Of a stretch of DNA of 32,000 nucleotides, positions 13,019 to 21,202 are shown piece by piece. How positions within the stretch are numbered: position 1 is the stretch's first letter; every line of letters starts with the position of its first letter. The stretch is taken from positions 1,290,001 through 1,322,000 of the forward strand of contig NZ_CP047960.1 in assembly GCF_014280195.1 (NCBI RefSeq). The letters are read 5' to 3'. The DNA is from Synechococcus sp. A15-24 (GTDB taxonomy: Bacteria; Cyanobacteriota; Cyanobacteriia; PCC-6307; Cyanobiaceae). The notes below the pieces were generated by a model, which had not been told where the DNA came from, did no database searches, and worked only from the letters and a program-made list of their open reading frames with translations. The position numbers and the translations under genes are program-made.

Positions 13019-14032
13019 ATGGGAAAACCGAGGGTTCTCTCCGGTGTGCAGCCGACCGGTGCCTTGCACCTCGGCAACTGGCTTGGAGCGATACGCAACT
13101 GGGTTGATCTCCAGGACACCCACGACACCTTTGTGTGCGTGGTGGATCTCCATGCCATCACCGTTCCCCACGACCCGGCCCGGCTGGCGGAAGACACCCT
13201 CAACACCGCTGCGCTCTACCTGGCCTGCGGCATGGACCCTCAGCGGTGCTCAATTTTCATCCAGAGTCAAGTCGCCGCCCACAGTGAGCTGTGCTGGATG
13301 CTGAACTGCGTGACACCGCTCAACTGGTTGGAGCGGATGATCCAGTTCAAGGAAAAGGCCGTGAAACAGGGGGACAACGTCTCCGTCGGCCTTCTGGATT
13401 ACCCCGTTCTGATGGCCGCCGACATCCTTCTCTATGACGCGAACCTCGTTCCAGTCGGGGAAGACCAGAAACAACACCTTGAGCTGGCGCGTGACATCGC
13501 CCAGCAGCGGATCAACGCCCGCTTTGGACGCGAGGAACAACCGGTGTTGAAGGTGCCCAAACCGCTCATCCTCAAAGAAGGCGCACGGGTGATGAGCCTC
13601 ACGGATGGACGCAGCAAGATGAGCAAAAGCGACCCGAACGAGGCCAGCCGCATCACCCTGCTGGACCCGCCGGAACTCATCACCAAAAAGATCAAACGGG
13701 CGAAGACCGATCCGGAGCGAGGTCTCGAATTCGCCAATCCTGACCGTCCGGAAACAGACAACCTCCTTGGTCTCTACGCGATCCTCAGCGGCAAGGGCCG
13801 TGAAGCAGTTGCACAAGAGTGTGCAGACATGGGTTGGGGGCAGTTCAAACCCCTTCTGGCTGATGCAGCAGTGGCGGCTCTTGAACCGATTCAGGCTCGC
13901 CACAAGGAGCTGATGGCAGACCGCGTCGAGCTCGATCGCGTGTTGGCCACGGGGCGTGATCAAGCGGAATCCGTGGCCAACGCAACGTTGAAACGGGTGA
14001 GAGATGCCTTGGGATTCGCGAAGCGCAGCTGA
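13019..14032 (+). CDS. trpS: Tryptophan--tRNA ligase
   Basis: 337 aa. The class I HIGH-type motif is GVQPTGALHLGNWLG and the KMSKS motif is present (SKMSKSD). The length and overall sequence are typical of bacterial TrpRS. Confidence 0.97.
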   Translation: MGKPRVLSGVQPTGALHLGNWLGAIRNWVDLQDTHDTFVCVVDLHAITVPHDPARLAEDTLNTAALYLACGMDPQRCSIFIQSQVAAHSELCWMLNCVTPLNWLERMIQFKEKAVKQGDNVSVGLLDYPVLMAADILLYDANLVPVGEDQKQHLELARDIAQQRINARFGREEQPVLKVPKPLILKEGARVMSLTDGRSKMSKSDPNEASRITLLDPPELITKKIKRAKTDPERGLEFANPDRPETDNLLGLYAILSGKGREAVAQECADMGWGQFKPLLADAAVAALEPIQARHKELMADRVELDRVLATGRDQAESVANATLKRVRDALGFAKRS

Positions 14033-14264
14033 TCACTGAGAGGGCTGAACATCAGCGGAGCTGATCAAAACCGTCCCAAACCCAGAACGCACGAACTGAT
14101 CCACGCCTCCCTCAAAACAGCTGAACACCAGCGAGTCTTACGCGTCTCACGCGTTGTCCATTGCGGCACATACATGCCGTGCGCTTCTCGTCAACCCCCC
14201 TGAGGCCCCTCTCGTCTCTGGATCGATCCATCCATCAGCTTGGTCGCTCGTTCTTTTGTCCTGA

Positions 14265-14924
14265 GTGCTCGGGTTAAGTCTTCACAGCAAGCGACGCGTC
14301 GCAGGGCGCGCTTTATCGGCCTCTCTGTTCTGCGGGGTTGCGCTGTGTGCCGGAGCCTCGCCAGTTGCGACAGCCGTAAGTCTTTGCTCGCGGAAAAGTC
14401 CAGAATTGAAGCGCGCTCATCTTGCCAATGTTCAAGAGCAAGGCCCCTACCGGCTCACTCCTGAACGTCGTGCTCTGCTGAACACCATCAGGTACGCCGA
14501 GGGCACCTGGACTGATGGTGAGGATCAGGGCTATCGCACTCTTTATGGCGGCGGGCAATTTCAGGATCTGTCCCGCCATCCGGAACGGGTCGTCGTCAAG
14601 CGCTACTCCAGCGCTGCTGCCGGTGCTTATCAATTCCTCCCAAGCACCTGGAAGGGACTGGCGAAGGAACTTCGCCTCAGCAGCTTCGAACCGAAACATC
14701 AAGACCAGGCTGCGCTGCATCTGGTGAAACGGCGAGGAGCGTTGCGTGAAATCGACAGCCGCGGCCTGACGACAGCAGCCATGGCACGACTGGCACCGGA
14801 GTGGGCCTCATTTCCCACCCGCTCTGGTCGATCGGCCTATGGCCAGCCCGTGAAAAGCCACCGGGAGCTCGCGCGCTTTTACACAAACAACCTCAAACAA
14901 CTCAAGGGTCAACTCGGGGCCTGA
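14265..14924 (+). CDS. Lambda-lysozyme-type lytic transglycosylase (GH104 family), secreted
   Basis: GTG start and an N-terminal signal-like segment. It aligns block-wise with phage lambda R. RYAEGT matches AWSEGT with the catalytic Glu kept. GYRTLYGGGQFQDLSRHP matches GYDVIVGGELFTDYSDHP. AAGAYQFLPSTW matches GAGRYQLLSRWW. FEPKHQDQAALHLVKRRGALREID matches FSPKSQDAVALQQIKERGALPMID. Confidence 0.88.
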   Translation: MLGLSLHSKRRVAGRALSASLFCGVALCAGASPVATAVSLCSRKSPELKRAHLANVQEQGPYRLTPERRALLNTIRYAEGTWTDGEDQGYRTLYGGGQFQDLSRHPERVVVKRYSSAAAGAYQFLPSTWKGLAKELRLSSFEPKHQDQAALHLVKRRGALREIDSRGLTTAAMARLAPEWASFPTRSGRSAYGQPVKSHRELARFYTNNLKQLKGQLGA

Positions 14925-15250
14925 TCAGCTCTGGCACGTCCGATCCTGGCGGCCAAGCCCCACACCTCCGTCACCAGGCCATGCCAAGGGGTCATGGCTT
15001 CCATGGAAACGGCCATGGGCTGGGATGACGCCTTCACCAGCGCACGGGTAGCTGCAACAGCACGTTGTCCTTCCCGGAGACGATCAAGCAAGGCCAGCTG
15101 ATTGTCTTGACTCACCACAGAGACTGGACAGTTGTCCAGCAACTGCTCGCCCCGCTGAAACCAGTGGTCAAAGTCATCCAGCAATGACGTCAGCAGTGAC
15201 TCCATCAGCGCGCCGGCTTCGTGCTTGAGCGGAGCATCGTCAGCGTTCAT
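14909..15250 (-). CDS. DUF2605-like cyanobacterial hypothetical protein (113 aa)
   Basis: The track ORF extends to 15457, which would run through the thrS start. I prefer ATG 15250 (MNADDAPLKHEAGALMESLLTSLLDDFDHWFQRGEQLL...PWHGLVTEVWGLA). The 3' end overlaps the GH104 gene 3' end by 16 nt. Confidence 0.55.
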   Translation of the reverse strand: MNADDAPLKHEAGALMESLLTSLLDDFDHWFQRGEQLLDNCPVSVVSQDNQLALLDRLREGQRAVAATRALVKASSQPMAVSMEAMTPWHGLVTEVWGLAARIGRARADQAPS

Positions 15251-15278
15251 TGCATCGTCTTGAACCACGGCCCATAAG

Positions 15279-17114
15279 ATGGCGGGCCCCGACCGCAAAC
15301 CGGTGAGCAGCGCTGCAGCAACCACCCCTGCCCCTTCAGCTCCGGTGGTCCTGCCCAAAACCAGCGAAAGCTCGCAGCTGCTCAAAATCCGCCACACGAT
15401 GAGCCATGTAATGGCCATGGCGGTGCAGCAGCTGTTTCCCAAAGCCCGCGTCACCATCGGGCCCTGGACCGAATCCGGGTTCTACTACGACTTCGACAAC
15501 CCTGACCCCTTCACTGAAGCCGATCTCAAAGCGATCAAGAAAGGGATGATCAAGATCATCAATAAGAAGGTCCCACTCGAGCGTGTCGAGGTGACGCGCG
15601 CTGTGGCGGAAACCAAGATCAAGGCCCAGAACGAGCCCTACAAGCTGGAGATCCTGGAAGGCCTCCAGGAACCGATCACCCTCTACACACTTGGAGAGGA
15701 CTGGTGGGACCTCTGCGCCGGCCCCCACGTGGAGCACACCGGCCAGCTCAACGCCAAGGCTTTTGAGCTGGAGAGCGTGGCGGGGGCCTACTGGCGTGGT
15801 GATGAAACCAAAGCCCAGTTGCAGCGGATCTACGGCACGGCCTGGGAAACCCCGGAACAACTGGCCGAGCACAAACGCCGCAAGGAAGAGGCCCTGCGCA
15901 GGGATCATCGCCGCATCGGCAAAGACCTCGATCTGTTTTCGATCGAGGATGAAGCCGGCGCCGGCCTGGTGTTCTGGCACCCCCGCGGCGCCCGCATGCG
16001 TTTGTTGATCGAGGAGTTCTGGCGCCAGGCCCACTTCGAAGGGGGCTACGAGCTGCTCTACACGCCCCACGTGGCCGACATCAGCCTCTGGAAGACCTCC
16101 GGCCACCTCGATTTCTACGCCGAGAGCATGTTCGGCCCCATGGAGGTGGACGAGCGGGAGTACCAGCTCAAGCCGATGAACTGCCCGTTCCACGTGCTCA
16201 CCTACGCCAGCAAGCTGCGCAGCTACCGGGAATTGCCGATCCGCTGGGCCGAGCTGGGAACCGTGTACCGCTACGAGCGGCCGGGGGTGATGCACGGCTT
16301 GATGCGTGTGCGCGGCTTTACCCAGGACGATGCCCACGTGTTCTGCCTGCCCGAGCAGATCAGCGACGAGATCCTGAAGATTCTCGATCTGACCGAGAGG
16401 ATCCTCTCCACCTTCGACTTCAACACTTACGAGATCAACCTCTCCACCCGCCCGGAGAAGTCCATCGGCGATGACACCGTCTGGGACCTCGCCACCAAGG
16501 GCCTGATCGAAGCACTGGAACGCAAGGGCTGGAAGTACAAGATCGATGAAGGCGGCGGTGCCTTTTACGGCCCCAAGATCGACCTCAAGATCGAAGACGC
16601 CATCGGCCGGATGTGGCAGTGTTCCACCATCCAGCTCGATTTCAACCTGCCGGAGCGGTTCAGGCTCGACTACATCGCTGCTGATAGCAGCAAGCAGCGG
16701 CCGATCATGATCCACCGGGCCATCTTCGGCTCGCTGGAACGATTCTTCGGGATCATGACCGAGAACTACGCCGGCGATTACCCCTTCTGGCTGGCCCCTG
16801 AGCAGGTGCGGCTGCTGCCGGTCACCGATGAGGTGCAGCCCTATGCCGAAAGCCTGCTCGACCAGCTCACCCAGGCGGGCGTGCGGGCCACGATCGATCG
16901 CAGCGGCGACCGGCTCGGCAAGTTGATCCGCACCGGGGAACAGATGAAGATCCCCGTGTTGGCGGTGATCGGTGCCAAGGAAGCGGAGCAGAATTCCGTG
17001 AGCCTGCGCAGCCGCAGGGATGGCGATCTCGGTGTGGTGGCAGTAGCCGATCTCATCCGCGCCGCCCAAAACGCCAACAGCCAACGTGCCGCAGGACTGG
17101 AGCTGGACTCATGA
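15279..17114 (+). CDS. thrS: Threonine--tRNA ligase (editing, catalytic and anticodon-binding domains; no TGS domain)
   Basis: 611 aa. It aligns with E. coli ThrRS from about residue 66 onward. The editing-site RHTMSH matches RHSCAH and DLCAGPH matches DMCRGPH. Class II motifs include KPMNCPFH and RVRGFTQDDAHVFC. The 582-aa antisense ORF is a shadow. Confidence 0.97.
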   Translation: MAGPDRKPVSSAAATTPAPSAPVVLPKTSESSQLLKIRHTMSHVMAMAVQQLFPKARVTIGPWTESGFYYDFDNPDPFTEADLKAIKKGMIKIINKKVPLERVEVTRAVAETKIKAQNEPYKLEILEGLQEPITLYTLGEDWWDLCAGPHVEHTGQLNAKAFELESVAGAYWRGDETKAQLQRIYGTAWETPEQLAEHKRRKEEALRRDHRRIGKDLDLFSIEDEAGAGLVFWHPRGARMRLLIEEFWRQAHFEGGYELLYTPHVADISLWKTSGHLDFYAESMFGPMEVDEREYQLKPMNCPFHVLTYASKLRSYRELPIRWAELGTVYRYERPGVMHGLMRVRGFTQDDAHVFCLPEQISDEILKILDLTERILSTFDFNTYEINLSTRPEKSIGDDTVWDLATKGLIEALERKGWKYKIDEGGGAFYGPKIDLKIEDAIGRMWQCSTIQLDFNLPERFRLDYIAADSSKQRPIMIHRAIFGSLERFFGIMTENYAGDYPFWLAPEQVRLLPVTDEVQPYAESLLDQLTQAGVRATIDRSGDRLGKLIRTGEQMKIPVLAVIGAKEAEQNSVSLRSRRDGDLGVVAVADLIRAAQNANSQRAAGLELDS

Positions 17115-17503
17115 CCCAGTCGCCAGTCACCGCCCTCAACGATCTGGCCCGCTTGCGCGATGCGCCGGAGCTCAGCCAGGAAACCTGCGCAAACCTTCGA
17201 GCGGAGCTCAGCCAGGCGATGGCCAACGCCAGCTGGTTCACCGTCGGTGTGATGGCCCCGACCGCCGCCAAGGCCCTTGCGGCCCTCAGGGCTCTGGAAA
17301 CGAGCCAGGGATGGGACACCATGGATGTTGTTGACAGCACCAATGAAATCGGTCCTGTCTTCCTCAAAGCGAACCAACAAGGTGGATCGGTCCGCATTCG
17401 CATCGAATACGGCCTCGGCCAGGGAATCCTGATCACTGGGCATGGTGAGGACGAGAACCAGCCCAGCACCACATGGGGGCCGCTGCCGCTGAATTTTTTC
17501 TGA
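17111..17503 (+). CDS. DUF1824-like cyanobacterial hypothetical protein (130 aa)
   Basis: The ATG overlaps the thrS stop as ATGA. The sequence ...NASWFTVGVMAPTAAKALAALRALE...VFLKANQQGGSVRIRIEYGLGQGILITGH... resembles DUF1824 as I recall it. Confidence 0.6.
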   Translation: MTQSPVTALNDLARLRDAPELSQETCANLRAELSQAMANASWFTVGVMAPTAAKALAALRALETSQGWDTMDVVDSTNEIGPVFLKANQQGGSVRIRIEYGLGQGILITGHGEDENQPSTTWGPLPLNFF

Positions 17504-17575
17504 ACTGGCATCCGTCGTTGCCCTTCATCCGAATTGATCGCAGCCTGAAGAGATGAGCTTCACTCCCACCCTTTG

Positions 17576-18610
17576 ATGGCCCGTCCCACTCTTCTCGCTG
17601 GCGACATGGGGGGGACCAAGACCCTTCTTGCGCTCTACGACCTCGAGGGTGAAACGCTGATCAAACGTCACCAGCAACGGTTTGTCTCAGCTGATTGGTC
17701 ATCGCTGGAGCCGATGCTTAAGGCATTTGTTGAGGAACGGCCCAAGGACGTCCAGGCGCCAACCCATGGCTGCCTCGCCGTGGCAGGCCCTGTTCGCAAT
17801 CGGCAGGCCCGGATCACCAACCTCCCCTGGCAGCTCAAGGAAGAGGATCTGGCTGCCGCTGCAGGGATGCAGCAACTGGAGCTGGTGAACGATTTCGGTG
17901 TACTGATCTACGGCCTGCCTCACTTCGGCGCGGATCAGCAGCTGGTGCTGCAGGAGGGGAGTCAGGACGACGGGCCCCTGGCGATCCTTGGAGCTGGGAC
18001 CGGCCTCGGCATGGCTCGAGGCGTTCGCACAAACAACGGGCTGATGGCTCTCTCCAGCGAGGGTGGACATCGCGAATTCGCACCGCGCAGCGATGAGGAA
18101 TGGCAACTGGCCTGCTGGCTGAAACAGGACCTGGGAGTCGACCGCCTGTCGATCGAGCGGGTGGTGAGCGGCACAGGGCTTGGCCACATCGCCCATTGGC
18201 TGCTGCAGCAGCCAGGCGCACAATCTCACCCCCTTCGTTCTGTGGCTGAGGCCTGGCGGCGAAATATGGCCAGTGACCTTCCAGCGCAGGTGTCCCTCGC
18301 AGCCGAAGAGGGCGACCCCCTGCTGCGACATGCCCTTGACCTGTGGCTGTCGGCCTACGGCTCAGCCACAGGTGACCTGGCCCTGCAGGAACTCTGCAGC
18401 GGTGGTCTCTGGGTGGGAGGCGGCACGGCTACAAAACAACTCAACGGACTGCAATCCGCGCTGTTTCTTAAGGCAATGCGCGACAAAGGTCGGTTCAAGG
18501 ACTTCATCAGCGGTCTGAAGGTCACCGCTGTGATCGATCCGGAGGCGGGTCTGTTTAGCTCTGCCTGCCGAGCACGGATGTTGGCGGAGTCGGGTGGGAC
18601 ACTGGCCTGA
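17576..18610 (+). CDS. glk: Glucokinase
   Basis: The track starts at TTG 17573 and ATG 17576 is the next codon. The N-terminal phosphate-1 motif is LAGDMGGTKT. Also present are ...ITNLPW..., ...LVNDF... and ...LGAGTGLG... The length is typical of Glk-family (non-ROK) glucokinase. Confidence 0.9.
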   Translation: MARPTLLAGDMGGTKTLLALYDLEGETLIKRHQQRFVSADWSSLEPMLKAFVEERPKDVQAPTHGCLAVAGPVRNRQARITNLPWQLKEEDLAAAAGMQQLELVNDFGVLIYGLPHFGADQQLVLQEGSQDDGPLAILGAGTGLGMARGVRTNNGLMALSSEGGHREFAPRSDEEWQLACWLKQDLGVDRLSIERVVSGTGLGHIAHWLLQQPGAQSHPLRSVAEAWRRNMASDLPAQVSLAAEEGDPLLRHALDLWLSAYGSATGDLALQELCSGGLWVGGGTATKQLNGLQSALFLKAMRDKGRFKDFISGLKVTAVIDPEAGLFSSACRARMLAESGGTLA

Positions 18611-18624
18611 GCAGACGCTCAGGG

Positions 18625-19572
18625 ATGGCGCAGCCGCGCATCGGTCAGAAAGTGGTTGTGGATGTTCCGGCGACCACCGCCAACCTCGGACCGGGCTTCG
18701 ACTGCCTTGGTGCAGCCCTCGATCTCAACAACCGCTTTGCCATGCGGCGGATCGAAGGCAGCGGTGAGCGATTCGAACTGATCATCGAGGGCACCGAGGG
18801 CAATCATCTGCGCGGCGGGCCCGACAACCTCGTTTACCGCGCAGCTCAACGGGTCTGGAAAGCCGCGAATATGGAACCTGTGGCCCTGGAAGCAAGGGTC
18901 CGTCTGGCAGTGCCGCCAGCGAGGGGGCTGGGCAGCAGCGCCACCGCCATTGTCGCCGGACTGATGGGAGCCAATGCGCTCGTCGGTGAACCCCTCAGCA
19001 AGGAAAAACTGCTGGAGCTGGCCATCGACATCGAGGGGCATCCCGACAATGTCGTTCCCTCCCTGCTTGGAGGGCTCTGCATGACCGCCAAGGCTGCCTC
19101 TCAGCGCTGGAGGGTGGTGCGTTGCGAATGGATCAGCAGCGTCAAGGCCGTGGTGGCCATTCCATCGATTCGCCTGAGCACGAGCGAAGCCCGTCGCGCC
19201 ATGCCGAAGGCGGTCCCCATCAGTGATGCCGTGGTCAACCTGGGGGCGCTCACCCTGTTGCTGCAGGGCCTTCGCACCGGTAACGGCGAGCTAATCGCGG
19301 ATGGCATGCACGACCGCCTGCATGAGCCCTATCGCTGGCGCCTGATCAAGGGCGGGGATGACGTCAAAGCCGCGGCCCTGGAGGCGGGAGCCTGGGGGTG
19401 CGCCATCAGCGGGGCCGGGCCAAGCATCATCGCCCTTTGCGCCGAAGACAAGGGCCAGGCCGTGAGCAGGGCCATGGTCAAGGCCTGGGAAGCCGCCGGC
19501 GTGGCCAGCCGGGCTCCTGTGCTGAATTTGCAGACCTCCGGAAGCCACTGGCAGCCCGCCGATGCTGGGTAG
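18625..19572 (+). CDS. thrB: Homoserine kinase
   Basis: 315 aa. It has the GHMP kinase motifs PATTANLGPGFDCLGAAL and PPARGLGSSATAIVAG. Confidence 0.95.
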   Translation: MAQPRIGQKVVVDVPATTANLGPGFDCLGAALDLNNRFAMRRIEGSGERFELIIEGTEGNHLRGGPDNLVYRAAQRVWKAANMEPVALEARVRLAVPPARGLGSSATAIVAGLMGANALVGEPLSKEKLLELAIDIEGHPDNVVPSLLGGLCMTAKAASQRWRVVRCEWISSVKAVVAIPSIRLSTSEARRAMPKAVPISDAVVNLGALTLLLQGLRTGNGELIADGMHDRLHEPYRWRLIKGGDDVKAAALEAGAWGCAISGAGPSIIALCAEDKGQAVSRAMVKAWEAAGVASRAPVLNLQTSGSHWQPADAG

Positions 19573-19629
19573 TTGTACCCAGATCACAGGATCAGCCCTG
19601 TTAGCTTTGTTAACGATTGCGGACGCTGA

Positions 19630-21201
19630 ATGGACTTCGGGCTAGCGACGGACGCAATGGCGGGTTCAACCTTCCCCTGGCTGTCGCTGATTGTTCTGCT
19701 TCCAGCGTTCGGAGCACTGCTGATGCCCCTGATGCCAGGGGACGATGAGCATCCCTCACCCTGGCCGCGCAACTTCGCCCTGATCGTGCTGTTCGCGGAC
19801 CTTCTATTGATGTTGCTGGTGTTCAGCACCCGGTTTGATCCCAGCTTGAGCGGTCTTCAACTGGTGGAACGGGTCAGCTGGCTTCCCTCCATCGGCCTCG
19901 AGTGGTCCCTTGGGGCGGATGGCCTCTCCGCACCTCTGGTGGTGCTCAGTGGGTTGGTCACGTTCCTCTCCGTCGCCGCGAGCTGGTCGGTGCAGCGCAA
20001 ATGCAAGCTGTACTTCGCATTGCTGCTGGTGCAGGCGTCAGCCCAGGGTCTGGTCTTCCTTTCACAGGATTTCCTGCTCTTCTTCCTGGCCTGGGAGCTG
20101 GAATTGGTGCCGGTTTACCTGCTGATCGCCATCTGGGGCGGACAGAACCGTCAATATGCCGCCACCAAATTCATCCTCTACACAGCCCTGGCCTCTCTGC
20201 TGATCCTGATCAGCGGACTGGCCCTGGCGTTGTCCGGTGATCAGTTCACCCTGAATCTCACGGAACTGGCCTCCCGTTCCCCCGGCGGCAGCTTCGGCCT
20301 TCTCTGTTACCTGGGATTCCTGGTTGGCTTCGGCGTGAAGCTGCCGATGTTCCCGCTTCACACCTGGCTGCCGGATGCCCACGGCGAAGCGAACGCTCCA
20401 GTGTCAATGCTGCTGGCGGGCGTGCTGCTGAAGATGGGCGGTTACGCCCTGTTGCGTTTCAACGTCCAGATGCTGCCAGACGCCCATCTCACCCTGGCTC
20501 CTGCGCTGGTGATCCTCGGCATCGTCAACATCGTTTATGGCGCTCTCAACGCCTTCGCCCAGGACAACGTCAAACGACGGATCGCCTGCAGTTCCGTCAG
20601 TCATATGGGTTTTGTGCTGCTCGGCATCGGTGCCGTGGATGCTCTGGGCATCAGCGGCGCGATGTTGCAGATGGTGAGCCACGGACTGATCGCTGCCGCA
20701 ATGTTCTTTTTCACCGGCGTCTTTTACGAGCGAACCAAAACCCTGTCCATTCCGAACATGGGTGGCCTGGCAAAAGCGCTGCCGATCACGTTTGCTTTTT
20801 TCCTGGCCAGCTCACTCGCATCTCTGGCCCTCCCGGGCATGAGCGGTTTCATCAGTGAAATCACGGTGTTCCTCGGCATCACCAGTCAGGAGGGCTTCAC
20901 CTCGCTGTTCCGTGCCATCACCGTGCTTCTGGCCGCCATTGGCCTGGTGCTGACGCCGATCTACCTGCTCTCCATGTGCAGAAGGGTGTTTTTTGGCCCC
21001 AGGATCCCAGCCTTGGCCAGTGTTGAAGACATGCGCCCCAGGGAACTGGTGATCGGCATGAGCCTGCTGGTACCGACCCTGGTGATCGGCATCTGGCCAA
21101 GGATCGCCATGGACCTCTACGAAGCATCCACCGACAACCTGGCCACTGACCTGGGCCAGCGGGCTCTGGTGGCCCTGATCGAGCACCTACCCATCGGTTG
21201 A
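19630..21201 (+). CDS. ndhD: NAD(P)H-quinone oxidoreductase (NDH-1) subunit 4, D1/D2-type
   Basis: 523 aa, polytopic. It has [30 protein letters not shown][14 protein letters not shown] and [11 protein letters not shown][18 protein letters not shown]. It is not adjacent to ndhF3/F4 or cupA-like genes, so the respiratory/cyclic D1/D2 type is more likely. ATG 19657 is an alternative start. Confidence 0.93.
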   Translation: MDFGLATDAMAGSTFPWLSLIVLLPAFGALLMPLMPGDDEHPSPWPRNFALIVLFADLLLMLLVFSTRFDPSLSGLQLVERVSWLPSIGLEWSLGADGLSAPLVVLSGLVTFLSVAASWSVQRKCKLYFALLLVQASAQGLVFLSQDFLLFFLAWELELVPVYLLIAIWGGQNRQYAATKFILYTALASLLILISGLALALSGDQFTLNLTELASRSPGGSFGLLCYLGFLVGFGVKLPMFPLHTWLPDAHGEANAPVSMLLAGVLLKMGGYALLRFNVQMLPDAHLTLAPALVILGIVNIVYGALNAFAQDNVKRRIACSSVSHMGFVLLGIGAVDALGISGAMLQMVSHGLIAAAMFFFTGVFYERTKTLSIPNMGGLAKALPITFAFFLASSLASLALPGMSGFISEITVFLGITSQEGFTSLFRAITVLLAAIGLVLTPIYLLSMCRRVFFGPRIPALASVEDMRPRELVIGMSLLVPTLVIGIWPRIAMDLYEASTDNLATDLGQRALVALIEHLPIG

Positions 21202-21202
21202 A

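Noticed and set aside
14023-14068. A direct repeat, AGCTGATCA (14024 and 14058), and the hairpin GCTGA-aca-TCAGC after trpS, considered as a possible terminator.
   Set aside because: The stem is only 5 bp with a 3-nt loop and no U-tract, and the repeat is short. This is insufficient evidence for a terminator or mobile-element end.
15336-17084. A 582-aa minus-strand ORF antisense to thrS. Similar long antisense ORFs occur at 2439..3089, 8569..9402, 12275..12871, 17699..18331, 20918..21760 and 22256..22936.
   Set aside because: All are codon-aligned shadows of clearly identified genes in a high-GC3 genome. Their translations are Arg/Gly/Pro/Ala-rich low-complexity sequences with no recognisable motifs.
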